Shown: piece after piece, positions 1 through 15,500 of the stretch
Numbering within the stretch: position 1 is the stretch's first letter
Layout: every line of letters starts with the position of its first letter
NCBI RefSeq assembly: GCF_006345805.1
Contig: NC_042998.1
Coordinates: forward strand, 40,052,001-40,116,000
Direction: 5' to 3'
Source of the DNA: Octopus sinensis
Lineage: Eukaryota
DNA length: 64,000 nucleotides
The notes under the pieces: model-generated
Seen by the model: the letters and a program-made list of their open reading frames with translations, nothing else
What the model was told of the DNA's origin: nothing
Database searches by the model: none
Program-made: the position numbers and the translations under genes

Positions 1-1347
1 AGCCAGAGAGAGCAAGATCAAAGATGAAGACAGAAACAGGTGTGCTACCACAAAGAAAATACACAGTTGCCCAGCCTGAGGGAAGAGCAGGAGAAGGAGA
101 GAGGGAGAGAGAGTGGGAGACCACAGGATGGAGATGGTGGCAAAATGCCGGGCATATTCACAAGGAATGGGGATCAGAGTATAAATAAGATGGTTGAATA
201 AAGGAAGATATATATATATATATATATAATAGGCTTCTTTCAGTTTCTGTTTACTGAATTCATTCACAAGTCTTTGGTCAACCTAGGGCTATAGTAGAAG
301 ACATTTGCCCAAAGTGCCGCACAGTGGAAATGAACCTGGAACCATGTGGTTGGAAAGTAAGCTTCTTACCACATAGCCATACCTGCTGACAATTTTCAAG
401 AAAGGCGAATGCATATTGGAGGTAAAGGATATAAAATTGCACTAATTAATGATGCAAAACCATGCAATGTTGATCATACACAAATTCTTCAATACATATT
501 TTAAGGACATACTGTAGAAAGGATTAAATAGGAAGGATTAAATGGCCTGTATGAAAAGGGCAAGTCATTGAGTAGAACCCTCATAAAAGAGTGGTCTTCT
601 AATACATTAATCGTTCTGACTTTGTTGACAGTGATAATTAGAAGCCAGAAAAGGTTACACTGCACAAGATGCTAATTCAAATATTAAGAAAAGTCATCCA
701 TAGCCTTTAGACAATATGATATGCACTAATTTGGAATTTCTGTGACACAGATAATTATGTCCTCCCTATACTATTTTCCTTGTGCCCAAAATAGACTCAT
801 GCAGCAAAGCTATCTCTAAAAATATATAATCAAGTAATAAATAATAAAACTATGAAAAATGGATGTGTTTACTGTCACAACACATGCAAGGAAAATATTG
901 GACAAGCACTGGCAATAATAATTTTCAGAGATCAATTAAATTACATATTACCAACTCACAAACCTGCTCTTCTCAATGAATGGTACAAAGTAGTCAGAAA
1001 GTATGAAACAAGAAAAAGAAAAATAAGAAAGATAGAAAGCTTATGAATGTAAGGAAGGTAAACTAATGTCTCTATTAAAGTTGGGGACTCATTCTTCAAC
1101 TCCATCTTTGTCTAAGGAAAGAATTTAACAGAACAGAAAAAAAAGACTCCATCTGCTATCGGAATTAACAGTAAAGAAAAGGACTTAAAAGTTGTATTGT
1201 CCTTCACTAGATGCATTCTTAACAGAGATAAGCAATTGGTTAGAAATTGAGTTGAATGATGACAAAGATGATATGAAATCAGAAAGTAAGATTGAGAAAG
1301 ATAATTAAAAACATATAGCACACCAAATAAAGCATTCAGCACATTAA

Positions 1348-1569
1348 CCCATTATTATTTAAACCAGCCAGATCCAGCCCAAATATGCTACTTGTTTTAT
1401 GTTCTAACCAGCCAGATCCAGCCAATCACACCTACCCTTAAATGCCATTCTAAAAATATACAATCATATCATCAAAATTTCATAGCTATGAGATAATGCA
1501 TGATTAATTAAAAACAATGTGAATGAAAAAAAGCATTATATTTGACAGAATGATCCAAATGTTAAAGGG
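1348..1569. mobile_element. piggyBac-type MITE (TTAA|CCC...GGG|TTAA)
   Basis: TTAA at 1344-1347 and 1570-1573, CCC/GGG termini; related copies at about 35560-35786, 37615-37842 and 61005-61222; a second similar family at about 13128-13345. Confidence 0.7.
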
Positions 1570-2151
1570 TTAATATTATAAGAGAATATCTAACTAATAC
1601 AGAAAATATGTTACAAATTATTCTTCAGAAAGAACCCTATATGGTTTGAAATCTACCAATTAAGTTGAAGGATTTTGTTCCCTATGAAAGGCAAGTGTAT
1701 AATACCTATTTCTTTACTACCCACAAGGGACTAAACACAGGGAGGACAAACAAGGACAGACAAACGGATTAAGTCGATTATATCGACCCCAGTGCATAAC
1801 TGGTACTTATTTAATCGACCCTGAAAGGATGACAGGCAAAGTCGATCTTGGCGGAATTTGAACTCAGAATGTAATGGCAGACGAAATACCACTAAGCATT
1901 TCGCCCAGCATGCTAACGATTCTGCCAGTTCACCGCTCTAGGCAAGTGTATAATGCCAGTACTTAAAGCATGCCTAGAACATTAGTTGTGTGTCATAGAT
2001 ATACAAAAAGGAAACAAATAAACAAAAACTTTATAAAAAAGATAAAAGGGTTCTCAATGTAATGTAAATGGAATTGAGGTTCCAACTAGTACTTCACAAC
2101 CACAGTCATTTAAAATAAAATGAAACTAGAGAGATATTTCAAACAACATAC

Positions 2152-2224
2152 GTCTAAATGCTGCTTCAGGAATGCGTTTCCCTTCAGCTGGTCTATGAAT
2201 TTGTTTTTCCTGATGACTGTCAAA
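2152..2224 (-). CDS. MAN1B1: MAN1B1-like coding exon 4 (73 nt, stem region)
   Basis: Acceptor ctgttttcttttgtAG, donor GAC|GTATGT, open in phase 0, ends phase 1. Confidence 0.75.
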
Positions 2225-2823
2225 CTACAAAAGAAAACAGAGAGAAACAAAATTAGGAAAAGATGTAAAGATCTTACTATAAAACATTAATAATGAAAAA
2301 AAGACAAAATATATTAGAAATGATACTAAAAGAAGGCAAACTATTACCTTAAGAGGTACTTCAGGTGGCTGTAACACAATCTGTTCGCCTCCTCTTTGAA
2401 TAGGCATTTGTTGTTGAGCTCTCTGTAAAAAAGAAACTTTTATTTTTTGGAATATCTATATTATACCAATTCTTCCAATACACACACACACAACTGATAC
2501 TTATTCTTCTCTACAATGATCTACTCACTGCTACTTCAAATGAAACATACTCCTACACAGACAATGCCATACTTCACGCATGCTTAACCCATCATAAAGA
2601 GTTTCAATTAATATTCAAACTGGACGCCTCAATCCAGATTTGAATAAATTCCATGTAAAAACACTTTGTAAACTATTTGCAATAAGGCCATTACAACTTA
2701 ATGTCATTGACAACATCAAAGAACAATAAACTTCATACATGAACAACAGAGTTAAAGTCTCCAGTCCTGTAATCTCCTAATATAATAATGAGCATAGTGT
2801 TTTTATATATTTTTATGTATGTA

Positions 2824-2894
<71 letters not shown>

Positions 2895-5800
2895 CCAGAA
2901 TCATGCGGGGACACAAGGGAGGGAGGAAATAGTAACTCAGTGAAGGAGTAGTGACAGTAATAGCCCTGACTGGAAGTGAGTGAGAGAAAATAAAAGCAAT
3001 GAGAGAAAGGAAGGGGTGGTAGATGAATAAGGAAGGAAAGGGTAAAAAAAAAAGTCAGCATTTCAACTCTGTGTATGTGAGTGTATGTACTAGGGAAGTA
3101 TGTGAATGTTTGTATGTGTGATTATTTTGTACCTTATTTATATATAGTTAAGTTAATAAAATACTACAATTAGCTGCCATTATTGACAGCAGATGGTCAG
3201 GTAGTAAATATTAGATCTCACAATCTCAGATTATTTATAGGATCATAAAAATCTCAAGTCTACATTATTCAAATGGATCTCAAAGGCTAGATTCTCACTT
3301 TTAAGCTAAAAGATACTTCAGTCATGAACAGCTGTTGATTATACCAAGCACAAATGCAACTTGTATGAGATTAATATACATATATGAGATGTAAAGCTAC
3401 TATTCACACACAATTTAGGCTGCATCCTGGAAAAGGTTATCTAGCAGATTGGTTAAGATACTTTCTCCAACACATGATGATCATACCAACACTGTGTTCT
3501 ACCTCTGTTTTGTCTATAATGGTTCCTGTTCTGCTAAATAAGTAAGATAAGAACAATTCTGTCCAAATGTACTTGTAGCGATATTGATATCCTCACTCTT
3601 TCAGAGACACAATAAGAATGATCTCGTTTGAGATTACAACCATCTTTGGCTAGTTTGACCACGTTGTGTCCACAGCTCTGATTGGTTGGCATCTAGCATG
3701 GTTTGTCTCTCTACTTATTTCGCGCCAGGGTGTAAAGCCAACCAATCATGGCCTTCAGATAGGATGCTTCATTTGAGCCACTTCAACTCTTTAAATAAGC
3801 CTGCTTTCACTATTCTCTGTCTTTCGACTTCAGACCTTTTAAGGTCTAGTCACTGACCACAGAGCTACTCAGCTATGTTCTGGTTTGAGCGACAGATGAC
3901 CAGCCTGCCAGCCATGCTCCTGCTATGAAGATGCTATTATATACCAGCGACAGACAGAATGTTCTCCATTTCCACCGCCGTCATCACCATCATTGTCTCC
4001 ATCTCCGTCAACAACATGTACACATCAACAACACCAACCAGGTTTACCTCACGCTGTTTGTGTGAATCTTTCAACAAGGAAAACAGTCTACCTAAAGAAC
4101 TATCTAAATCAAGAGACTCGGCACGGCATGATAGCCACAACTTCTACACATGTAGTAACCAGCTCTGCCATGTGACCCACAACATCTTGTTATAGAACTT
4201 ACTACTGTGTACCTCATGTACTGGTAAACTAACTCTATCTTAACTCAATATGCTGAGACTTATGCTCTGTACTCTGTATTTTCTGTTATACGCATACACC
4301 TTTGTCTGTACCTTCTGTCACACACACGAACACACAGATACAAATACTATGTGCACGCATTTATACACAACACTTCGCTAGCACTCACATACTTTCTCTT
4401 TGTACACATTGTGAATAAAAGTCATCTTCTCTCTCAAACAGTAGAACGGTTTGTTGTCCCTCATTCATTCTTTTGGCACTGTATTCTATATCATCTTGAT
4501 AGATGTCATCAGACTCAAGAAAGAAACTTACAAAGTAAACATCATAAATAACAAGGGAAACTTTATGTAGTCATTTGACCTACTAGAAATAGTAGCAAAT
4601 CACTTCTTACTATCTTAAAAGGATACAATCAACCTTGTGGTTCAGGGTATACAAAATGAGTGGATTGTCATGACTGGAGTACCTTTGATTATAGGTCTAC
4701 TGAGCACAGAAATGAGCTTAAACAACACCCCTAAAATTGGTTTGGGGTTCTAGGAGTCATAGATTAATAGTATCAGTTGGAGTTAACATCAATATCCATT
4801 AAAAAGAAACAATTCATCAAATTTTAAATGAAAACAAACTTAGAATTGTTATTCAGTTCAATATATATATATATTGAACTTTAAATTTGTGGTGCAATAT
4901 ATGGATTCATAGAGTCATGTGGCTATCACAGAAAGCTCCTCTAACAGACCCAACAAGCAGATCACATGGTAATCCAATACAGAGGAGTATAATGGAGAAT
5001 TCTATGCAACTGAAATCCAGGAGATCCAATCAATAAAGGAGTTATAAACCATAAAATGTCAGGCGGGAGGAGAGTTGAATATATTTATTTAACCCCTAGT
5101 CATTTTTAGGATTGTAGCCATTTCACAGCCTTCATCATGTAATAATAATTTCAGTCCATAATAAATTATTTTACATGTCTGCACCAATATGCATGCTATG
5201 CATTATACAATACTATTGTATATTTACAAATCAATGCAGATGAAGAAAGTTAGAACACCAGAACATCATGGTTACATCAATGCTTCAAGTCTAAGTATAC
5301 ATACATAATTTTACATGCAGTTTAAGATCAAACTAAGAAAAACTAGAAAAAAAAAGAGAGAGAGAGAGAAGGAAAAATACTTACCTGTATCTCATTAACC
5401 TGTTGCTTTGCCTTGTTTTGTTCTTCTAATTCATTCAGCAGTTTGGAACGCAACATTTTGCTTTGGGATTGGAAGAATGACTGCTTTTTCTTCAGTAATT
5501 CATTCATTTCTTTGTTTTTGGTTCTTTCAAGTTGGATAACAGGAATTATATACAGTGCTGACAAGACACCCAATAGCAGCACCAGTACAATGACACTGCG
5601 CTGCATTTGCGAAAGGCGCTTCCACATCTGTAGGTGAAGAAATAAAAATCAGATCATAACAAGAATACAAATTGGCAAAAAATAATGCTCAGTTAACAGT
5701 CAAATAATTGATATCCTTGAATATACCTGTAATGTTCTGTACATCATTACATGTTTTTTAAAATTATTTTTTCATCCAACAAGATGGTTAGATAAAAATC

Positions 5801-6395
5801 CACAGTCTAGGTTGGTTACATTTGGAAATCCAACGATAGTTCTCGCTGATAGGAGCCTGTGGTGGAGGTACCTGAAGATTCTATCTCCATGACCCTCCCA
5901 GGAATAGCAAGCAGAGAAAATGGATGAATAGACCATTACATATTTTTAGACATACTTGAAGACTGAGTGCAAAATAAATCATCATCATCATTGTCCTTTA
6001 ACGTCTGTTTTTCTATGCTGGCATGAGTTGGATGGTTTGACAGGAACTGGCAAGCCAGAGAGCTGCACCAGGTTCCTGTCTGATTTGGCTTGAATTCTAC
6101 CGCCACCAGCATGAGCACTTTCAGCACAGGACTCTTGCAGGCCAATCCTCTTTACCAGGGGATGTGACATTAACACTTCTGCTATGGATGACAGCTCTTC
6201 TTGAATACAGCAATGTGCCAAGTATCTTGGTCCTTTGTCATCTCATCTGAAGATTCAGCTTTCTGAGGTCATCCTTCAGTACTTTGTCCCATGTCTTCTT
6301 GGGTCTCCCTCTTCCATGAGTTCCATCCACTTTGAGTGAACGACACTTCTTTATGGAGCTGTAAGCATCCATCTGTATACATACATATATATGTA

Positions 6396-6443
<48 letters not shown>

Positions 6444-9400
6444 AACACAAGGAGTGATGGGTAAATTGTCACCATTTCATATTTTTAATTTTGTGCATGT
6501 GCATCGTTTGTTTTTGATTTTGTCAACTACGCAGTATAGTAGGGTCAGTTGGGCACCATCTGTGAGAAAAACAGCATCATGACGCAATTCACTCTGCCAG
6601 AAATTTGGAAACGACATGCTGTACTGCTTGGCATTTGCACTGGAAGTTCCAATACAAACATTTCAGAGTGTTTAGGTGTCAATCTTAGGACATGTGCCGA
6701 GAGTGATAAAAATCAAACATTCAATCAACATCATAGTGTTTGGAGTGATTACTAGTGATGGCAATGTAACACCTCTATTCATCTTCCCACATGGCCTCAG
6801 ACTCAACACGGAGGCCTACATCAAGTGCCTGGAGGAGGTAATGTTGCCCTGGGTCGAGAAGGTGGCTGCTGGAAAACCCTATGTCTGGCAAAAGGACTCT
6901 GCACCATGCCACACAAGCAGGAGAATCCAGTCACGGCTGTTAGACAATTTCTGTGATCACATAACCCCTAACATCTGGTCACGTAACTCCCCACACTGCA
7001 ACCCCCTTGATTATTATGTGTGGAGCACAGCTGAGCAAGAGACTAACAACACTCCTTATAACACCAAAGATGAACTGAAGGCAAGGATTATGGCCGCATT
7101 CACCAACTTAAACAAGAGGACCATCCAGAAGAGTTGCAGGAGATTCCAAAGTTGTCTGGATGTTGTAGCTGAAGCCAATGGCAATTTTATTGAATAAATT
7201 TACTCTTTAGTATTTCAAGATATTTTTATGTAATTTTGGTAAATATATCTGTTAAAATGAATTGTCAGTGTTATTTTCATTTTTGTGCAATTTAGATGAC
7301 AGTTTATTCACTGCATCCTGTATATATATTTGTATACACACACACACACACTTATAGATATATACTTAGTGGTTAGGCTGTTGTACTCACAATCACTATT
7401 TCATGGATTTGATTCCCAAACTAGGTGGTGTGTTGTGTTCTTCAGCAAAACACTGAAAAGCACATTGTGACCAGCGAGGTGTAACAACATCTGATAGTCT
7501 GATCAGTCACATGAAAACGTGATAATTTTATACATATATACACACACACACAGGTGCAGGCATGGCTGTGTGGTAAGGAGCTTGCTTCCCAACCACATGG
7601 TTCTGGGTTCAGTCCCACTGCATGGCACACTGGGTAAGTGTCTTCTACTATAGCCTCTGGCCAACCAAACTCTTGTGAGTGGATATGGTAGATGGAAACT
7701 GAAATAAGTTCTTTGTGTGTGTATATATATATATACACACACACATATATATATTTATTCATGTGTGTGTGTATCTTTGTGGCTGTGTTTGCTTCTCCAC
7801 CACCACCATTGCTTAACAACGGATGTTAGTGTTTACATCCCCGTAACTTAGTGATTTGGAAAAGAGACTGATAGAATAAGTAAGTACTAGGCTTACAAAA
7901 ACTAAGTCCTGGGGTTGATTTTTTTTCAACTAAAACCCTTTAAGGTGGTGCTGCAGCCAAATGGCTGAAACATGTAAAAGAATAAATACACACTTACACA
8001 TATCATCATCAACCAGCTGGGTGACTTGCCTGGATAATAAGTCATATTAGTCTTTTGATAGCTGAATGTCTCATCTGTGCACATGACAGTTGTTTGCAAA
8101 CAGAAATGATTGATTCTCCTGGTCACTGACAGTCTGTTGACTGTTCATCTGCTCAGCATCTACTGACATTTGCCATTTATTCAATAAGCTCATCTGCTGA
8201 AATAGTTTACATCCACCATACTGGTTCCCACAATTTCAATGTAACCCTGGCTTGGGTGGTTAGCAAGTGCTCAACCTTGTCAAGAGGCTCCCCATGATTT
8301 GCTAACCTCTAATTAACCCAAAGCTGAGATCCTGACAGGTGCTACTACACTAGGTCAGAGTAGACCTAGGAATAATAGCAGCTAAGAGGTGGTTCTGCAT
8401 TCCTCAAAACTTTGGAACTCCTGAACCAGGGACCCACTACTGGATGTGGGTTAAAGTCATACTCAGAACTTAATACACAGATATACATATATAAAAAAAA
8501 ACCCTTTAGTCATGAATGGCAATGGGACCGCACCTAGAAACTTCCCTCTGAGGCACAAGTTTGGGCAAGGTTGCTTATGGAAAACTAGCAGTTATCCATG
8601 CATACCAGCCTTCCGTCCCCATTCTACTGTTGTTATCCAAGGCAAAGGCCAATACAGCTTGACACCAATGACATTGCAACTCTTCTACAGAGGAGTAAAG
8701 TGTCTTGCTCAAGAACACAATACACAGCCCAGTCTAGGAATTGAACTCTCAAACGCATGATTGAGTACCTGACACTCTAACCTCTGAGCCATGTGCCTTC
8801 ACACATACATATGTACACACACATCATAAATATATGTATGTTTAGTGTTAACTGTTGGAGAAAATAGAGTATTCAATACCATAGTAGAGATTAATGATAT
8901 ATTTTATTTTGGTAGGGTTAGTATCTTGTTACTCTGAGTCTTACCTGTGTGACCAAAATAAGATGTGTGTGTGTATGTATATATACACACATTCACATGC
9001 AGATACATACATACATACATATATATATATATACACACATATATATACTTTTAAACACACACACAACACATATACTTACATATATACACACATACATATA
9101 CACATGCACCCCCCACCCATACACACAGCAATATTTCAGATTAGATTTTCTTAATAACATTCTAGCTGAACCTCTTTCTGAAACATTATGCTATTCATTA
9201 TTATTATTATTATTATTGGTAGTGGTGGTGGTAGAAGTCATCCCTGTCAATTATTAATATCCCCAACCCATCTCTATACAATATTCTTAGAGCAGGAAAA
9301 AAAAATGGAAATATAATAGACATTCTGTACAAGACTACTATCTGTTCATCTCATTTGCATTCCTGAGACAACACATTAGTAAATTAGTCTTTTTTAACTA

Positions 9401-12400
9401 AGAACTGAAAGAGTCGCAAATGAGAATATCAATTAGGTTATAGACTGGTTTCATCAAGTTAAAGTGTAAAAGAAATACAAGGTTATTCTTAACTTATAAC
9501 TGTTGTCATATGAATATGTGTGAATGTAGTAAATGTTCAATACAGTGATACCTTGCAGTACGAATTTAATTCATTCAATGACCGAGCTTGTTTTACGATT
9601 TATTTGTTTTACAAATCAATTTTCCCCATTGAAATTAAAATATAACTAATCCGTTCCAGCCCAACAAAACCACCCAAAAATTATTTTTCATAGGCTTTAA
9701 CACAGAAATGGTGCAGTTTCTAAGAAAATGACAACTGTAAAATCAAAATAAAAGAGAATGCAAAAGAAATATGTAAAGTGGTTTTATAAATTTAATTACC
9801 TCAAAGAGGGGATGATTTGTGTGCGAGGAAGACGATGGGGCAGGGAGGAGGGGGATTATTGTTTGGAAGGAGAATCTCTTTCCATTATGACTTCAGGAAG
9901 AACAATTTCTGACATTTTCTCTCACACTTTGCTTAAGTCAGGCATTTTGGACACACTTTCTTCACTTTTCACACTTGCAGGTTGTTTCATTAAAAACACC
10001 AAGAGAAGTCTGCTTTTTCCTGCCTTTCAAAATGTTACAAAAATGTTCCAGAGCAGTGTCATTAAATAAAGCAGCAGCACAACTTGTAAATATGTTTTCT
10101 GGATGATGTTTTTCTACAAATTCAGAAACATACTGCCACTTTGTCAACACTGTCTTTATGTCACTCGTAGAGATAGCCTTCTCTGCTACACTGTCCTCCT
10201 CTGGAGAACCAATTTTATCCACTGCACCTGAAGCTGCAGGAGTTCATGTTGTAAGCTCTTCTGAGTGTTCCTTGACGAGATCATTAATGTTACCATCGTC
10301 AACCTTGAGGTCAATGGACTAGCCAAGAGACACTATCTCCTTGACTACAAGTATCTCATACTCAAACCCCTCAAAGTCTCTTTTGGATATGCAATCAGAT
10401 CACAGTTTCCTCCTTGTGGAATTCAGCGGTCTCCTTGTTACACCCTGCTAGGCCATATCAATGGTTTTCAGACAGTTAACAACATTGTAGTGCTCCTTCC
10501 AAAACTAACGAAGGATTAGATTTGTATTTTCAGTGACTTCAAAGCACTGATGAAACAGGTGTTTGGTGTACAATTTCTTAAAATTAGAAATCACCTGTTG
10601 GTCCATGTGCTGCAAGATAGGAGTGGTATTGTATGAAAGGTATAGAACTTTTATGAAATACAATTTGTCCAGGATATCATCTTCATAGTTAGGAGGGTAA
10701 GCAGGAGCATTGTCAAAGATGAGGAGGGCCTTGAGAGGAAAATCCTTCTCCACTGCTGGTCTGAAGATAGTTTGATCCACTCAGTGAAGAATTGCCTGGT
10801 GACCCAGACTTTAATGTTTGCCCTCCACATGACCAGCAGCTTCTCCTTCCAGATTTTGAGCAACTTGAACGCTCTTGGTTTTTGGAATGGCAGACAAGGA
10901 ACAGTTTAATCTTCAAGTCTCCATTTGTATTGATACAAAGGGTGAGCTTGATTTTGATAGGTTTGTGGCCTGGCATTTCCTTCTCAGCACTGTCCTTTGC
11001 ACTAATCATCTTATGTCCCATGGCTAACACATTAGCTATTATAAAATAATAGCAAAAAATGCACAAAACTAAAAAAAACTCTGGGCAAAACACAACAGGG
11101 ATGCTACCACAAGATAAACATGTGAACTGAACGATTGGGAGATTGTGTGCAAGCTTAGCGCTGACTAGTGGTCACTTGTATGAAACTTGCTTGTACTGTG
11201 GATTTCCAATCGTACTTCTAGACAAAAATATACGTGAGCCTTGGCTCATACAGCAAATTACTCGTACAATGGTACACTTGTACTGCAAGGTTCTATTGTA
11301 TACAATTGTAGCTAAGAAGGAAGTTATTTAATTTGACAAGTAGTTCAAAGAAAACTAATGGTACAGAGTATCTAGAACAGTGTTTCTCAACCATTTTTTG
11401 GAGGGGTTATCTATGGACCCCTTTGATTCCTAATTTCACTCTACTAGAACCTCCCCCATAGCCATTTGATACTTAAAGCTCCTATTACATATTTTAAATT
11501 AAATATTATTAGAAATTGTATTACTCTTTTACTTGTTTCAGTCATTTGACTGTGGCCATGCTGGAACACTGCCTTTAGTCGAGCAAATTGACCCCAGGAC
11601 TTATTCTTTGTAAGCCTAGTACTTATTCTATTGGTTTCTTTTTGCCAAACCGCTAAGTTACGGGGATGTAAACACACCAGCATCAGTTGTCAAGCGATGT
11701 TGGCGGGGACAAACACAGACACACAAACATATACATACACATACATATATTATATACATACATACGACGGGCTTCTTTCAGTTTCCGTCTACCAAATCCA
11801 CTCACAAGGCTTTGATTGGCCCGAGGCTATAATAGAAGACACTTGCCCAACGTGCTACACAGAAAGCTGACTGAGAAAACTGAGAAAACTGAATGCATGT
11901 AATACAGTTAGGCAAATACTAAATGTGAACCACAGATCCACTGCTCCAGTTATACCTGCCTGAGCTTAGTTTGGCAGTTTGGGTATCTTTTACTTGTTTC
12001 AGTCTGGGGTACTGCCTTAAAAGGTTTAGTCAAACAAAGTGAACCAGTACTTATTTATAAAGTTTGATATTTGTTCTATCAGTCTCTTTTGTAGAACCAC
12101 CAAGTTATGGGGATGTAAACAAATCAACACTGGTTGCCAAGCAGAGGTGGTGGGGGATCAAACACAAAGAGACACACACACATATATGTACTCACCTCTT
12201 CAGCAAGACACCTGCTCCTCTCCTTCTATCAGTTTCTTATTCCTCCCATCTATACCCTGCTCAGTCAAGGGGTCTTATCTTGTGGTATTTGGTGACTTTC
12301 CCTGAGCTGATGCTACATGAAAAGTGCCCAGTACGCTCTGTTAAATGGTTGACATAAAGAGAAACCAGCTGTAGAAACCATGCCAAAACAGACATAGAAC

Positions 12401-12472
12401 CTGGTGGAGCCCTCTAGCTTGTTTGTTCTTAAACCAGCCAATCCATGCCAGCATGGAAAAAAGGACATTTAA

Positions 12473-12554
<82 letters not shown>

Positions 12555-15500
12555 ACAGGCTTCTACACAGTTTCTATTTACCAAGTTCACTCACAAGGCA
12601 TTGGTTGGTCCAAAGCTACATTAGAGATATTTGTCCAAAGTGTTGCATAGTAGGACTGAACCTGAAACCATGTGGTTGCAAAGTGAGCTTTTTAACCACA
12701 CAGCTTGTCCAGTTTGTTCTTCTATGCATGTAAATTTTGGTGGTGGCCTGAGTAGTAATAGGTATGTGCATGCTATTGCATGTAGACCTGAATTAAATGG
12801 AGTGGATAGTATTCTTAGCATGGAAGTGTACAAGCAGAGTGGGGTGTCATAGATGTATCAGGGTATTTAGTGATGTAGTGCCAGGGACTGTGGGTTGCAA
12901 CTTGCTTAACAATGAACTAGAGGCAGTTCTATGTAGTTACTTCACCTGCTAGAAATAGCAGCCTAATTTTCTTTAAACTACTTTCTACTGTTTGATGCCT
13001 GAATGTTTGAGATGAATTGTAAATAAATTTAGGACTATTAACCCCATTTTTTGAGATAAAAAAAATCTTCTAACATTTGCAGATACTTAGTCAAATATTG
13101 AACACTGTTTCCTCTCTGAAAATAAGGCTTAACCCTTTTTTCTTAAACAGATTTCTGATGAACTACACAGCATTTGTTTCAATTAATTTTGAAAAATAAC
13201 AAAGAATTTGGTAAAACATCTTGGTCATTACTAAGCTAGTCATTGGAACATAAACTAACAAGGAATTTTAATTTAGATCACTTTATATAGAAAGTTTGTT
13301 TCAGAAATAGGGGCAGTCTTGGGCAGGTTGTATCAAAAGAGTTAATGTCTGAAAAATTATCATATTACTGTCTTAAAAAAAAAAAAAGAGGAAAACATAC
13401 TGAAGAATTTAATTCTATTCTTTCTAATTTTCCCATTATAAACAATTATAAACATTTATGTATCTCCTGGGAAACTTCTATTATGAAAAGTTGAAATATT
13501 TTTTCTTACTTTGAATGCCAACAATGACATCAGAACAAAGAGGGTGGGTGCTCAATGCTTGCTGACATATAACAATGACCAGGTGTTCATTATTGTAGAA
13601 ATATGGATTTCTTACATGAATCAAAGAAATTTTTAGAGGAAGAGAAATAATCTAGCATTTTTAAGAGCATCAATAATCAGGGAGATGAGATATTTACAGT
13701 TGAAAACAAAGCTGAGTGGGGAAACTTGGTTTGCAAAGAACTTCTTATCTACTGTACTTGCCATAATTAACTGAAATACAGAAATATCGTGCAAGATTGA
13801 TGGCTTTAATAATAATAATAATCATCATTTAACATGTTTTCCATGCTGGCATGGGTCAGACAATTTGCCTGGAGATAATAAGCCGGAGAGCTGCACCAGG
13901 CTCCAGTGTGTTTTGGCTTGGTTTCAATGGCTGGATGCCCTTCCTAACACCAACCACTCCACAGAGCATACTGGGTGTCTTTTACTTGTCACTGGCATGG
14001 GTGCCTTTTATGTGTCACCAGCACAAGTGTCTTACACGTGTTGCCACCACAGGTGCCTTTTATGTAGTATTTAAAAACTTTTGGAATCTATCAGATGAAA
14101 TAAATTTACCAAATAACTTACAGCTAGTTTATAAATAGCTTTACTGACTTGATCCTCCATTCCTTCTCATCATCATTAATACGGCTTTCATTCTGAAATA
14201 TCTGCATTATACATTGTAGAGTCTTTCAAGTGACTCGATCTTGTATCATTGTCACTGAGGCTTAATGCTTTCAGATATGACTTCATGTCTTCCTTTGTAA
14301 GACTCCTCTTGCAAATATCTTTTATGACTAACTCATGATATTTTTTGCTCAGAATGCATCATCCAATTCCATTATACCTATACAAGTACAGTCATTTCTC
14401 CTTCACATATCAGTTCATGCTTTTCAAAATCAGTTACTTTCTCAACTCACTTGCGCTGAACCATTTTTATAAGATAATGTTCATCATCATCATCATCGTT
14501 TAACGTCCGCTTTCCATGCTAGCATGGGTTGGACAATTTTGACTGAGGGCTGGCGAACCAGGCTTCAATCTTGATGTGGCAGAGTTTCTACAGCTGGATG
14601 CCCTTCCTAACGCCAACCACTCCGAGAGTGTAGTGGGTGCTTTTATGTGCCACATCTGATATCTAATATTAAACTGAATTTTTCTAATCACTACAAATTC
14701 TCTATATTCACTCCCCCATTTCACTGTTATTTGGCATTACAGTGCTTATGTATGCCTTACAGCCTGTCTTTTAAGCTGAAAGTGCTTTGTTACCTCAAAG
14801 GTTAGTAAGTTAGTAAAATGTAAAGTATTTTCAATATTATTTCCAAGAGAGAGATTCATAAATCTATCAACAATAACCTTTAAAAATTTTGCTACTCTAA
14901 AAGTTTTAACAATAACAAATAAAACTGCACTGTTTCAAGAAAACCATGATTAAAAACAAACAGTAATTTGAATATAAAATACTTCTCCGTTGAAGTAGCA
15001 AGGTTCAAAATATATGTAGAATTAGTTAATCAATTTATGTTAAGGTTGCAATTGAATATTTGCTGAACAATGAAACCACATGCTTATTATAGAAGTCTTA
15101 TAACTCAGTAGAGAGTATGGACATGATCTGTAAACTTCTTAAATGTGTATGGAGCAAGTTAATTTAGTAGAGCTAATTTTGATCCAAGTGACATAAATAG
15201 GAAGGTTTATATTCACTATTGCAAACTAACAAGATACTTGTCAATGAAACAGTGCTTCTAATATTTATAACATGATTTATATTTTTAAAACTTGTGTCTA
15301 CGTGAAGCAGTTGTCATTTGAACCAGATTAAGGACTTTGTTTGTTTGGCAATTACTTTCAATGACATGTTAAATATGTTAATATTGGTGATGTGTAATAA
15401 GTGAGAATGTGCTATAAGAATGTAGAAGAGAGGAGACAAGTTAGAACAGTGGTTCATATAAAATTTTGTTAAAATGTATGTGAAATAAATTGCTTAAACT

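Noticed and set aside
14170-14350. Minus-strand open stretch LTKEDMKSYLKALSLSDNDTRSSHL, vaguely SAP-like
   Set aside because: Bounded by stops, no splice sites in phase, similarity too weak to support
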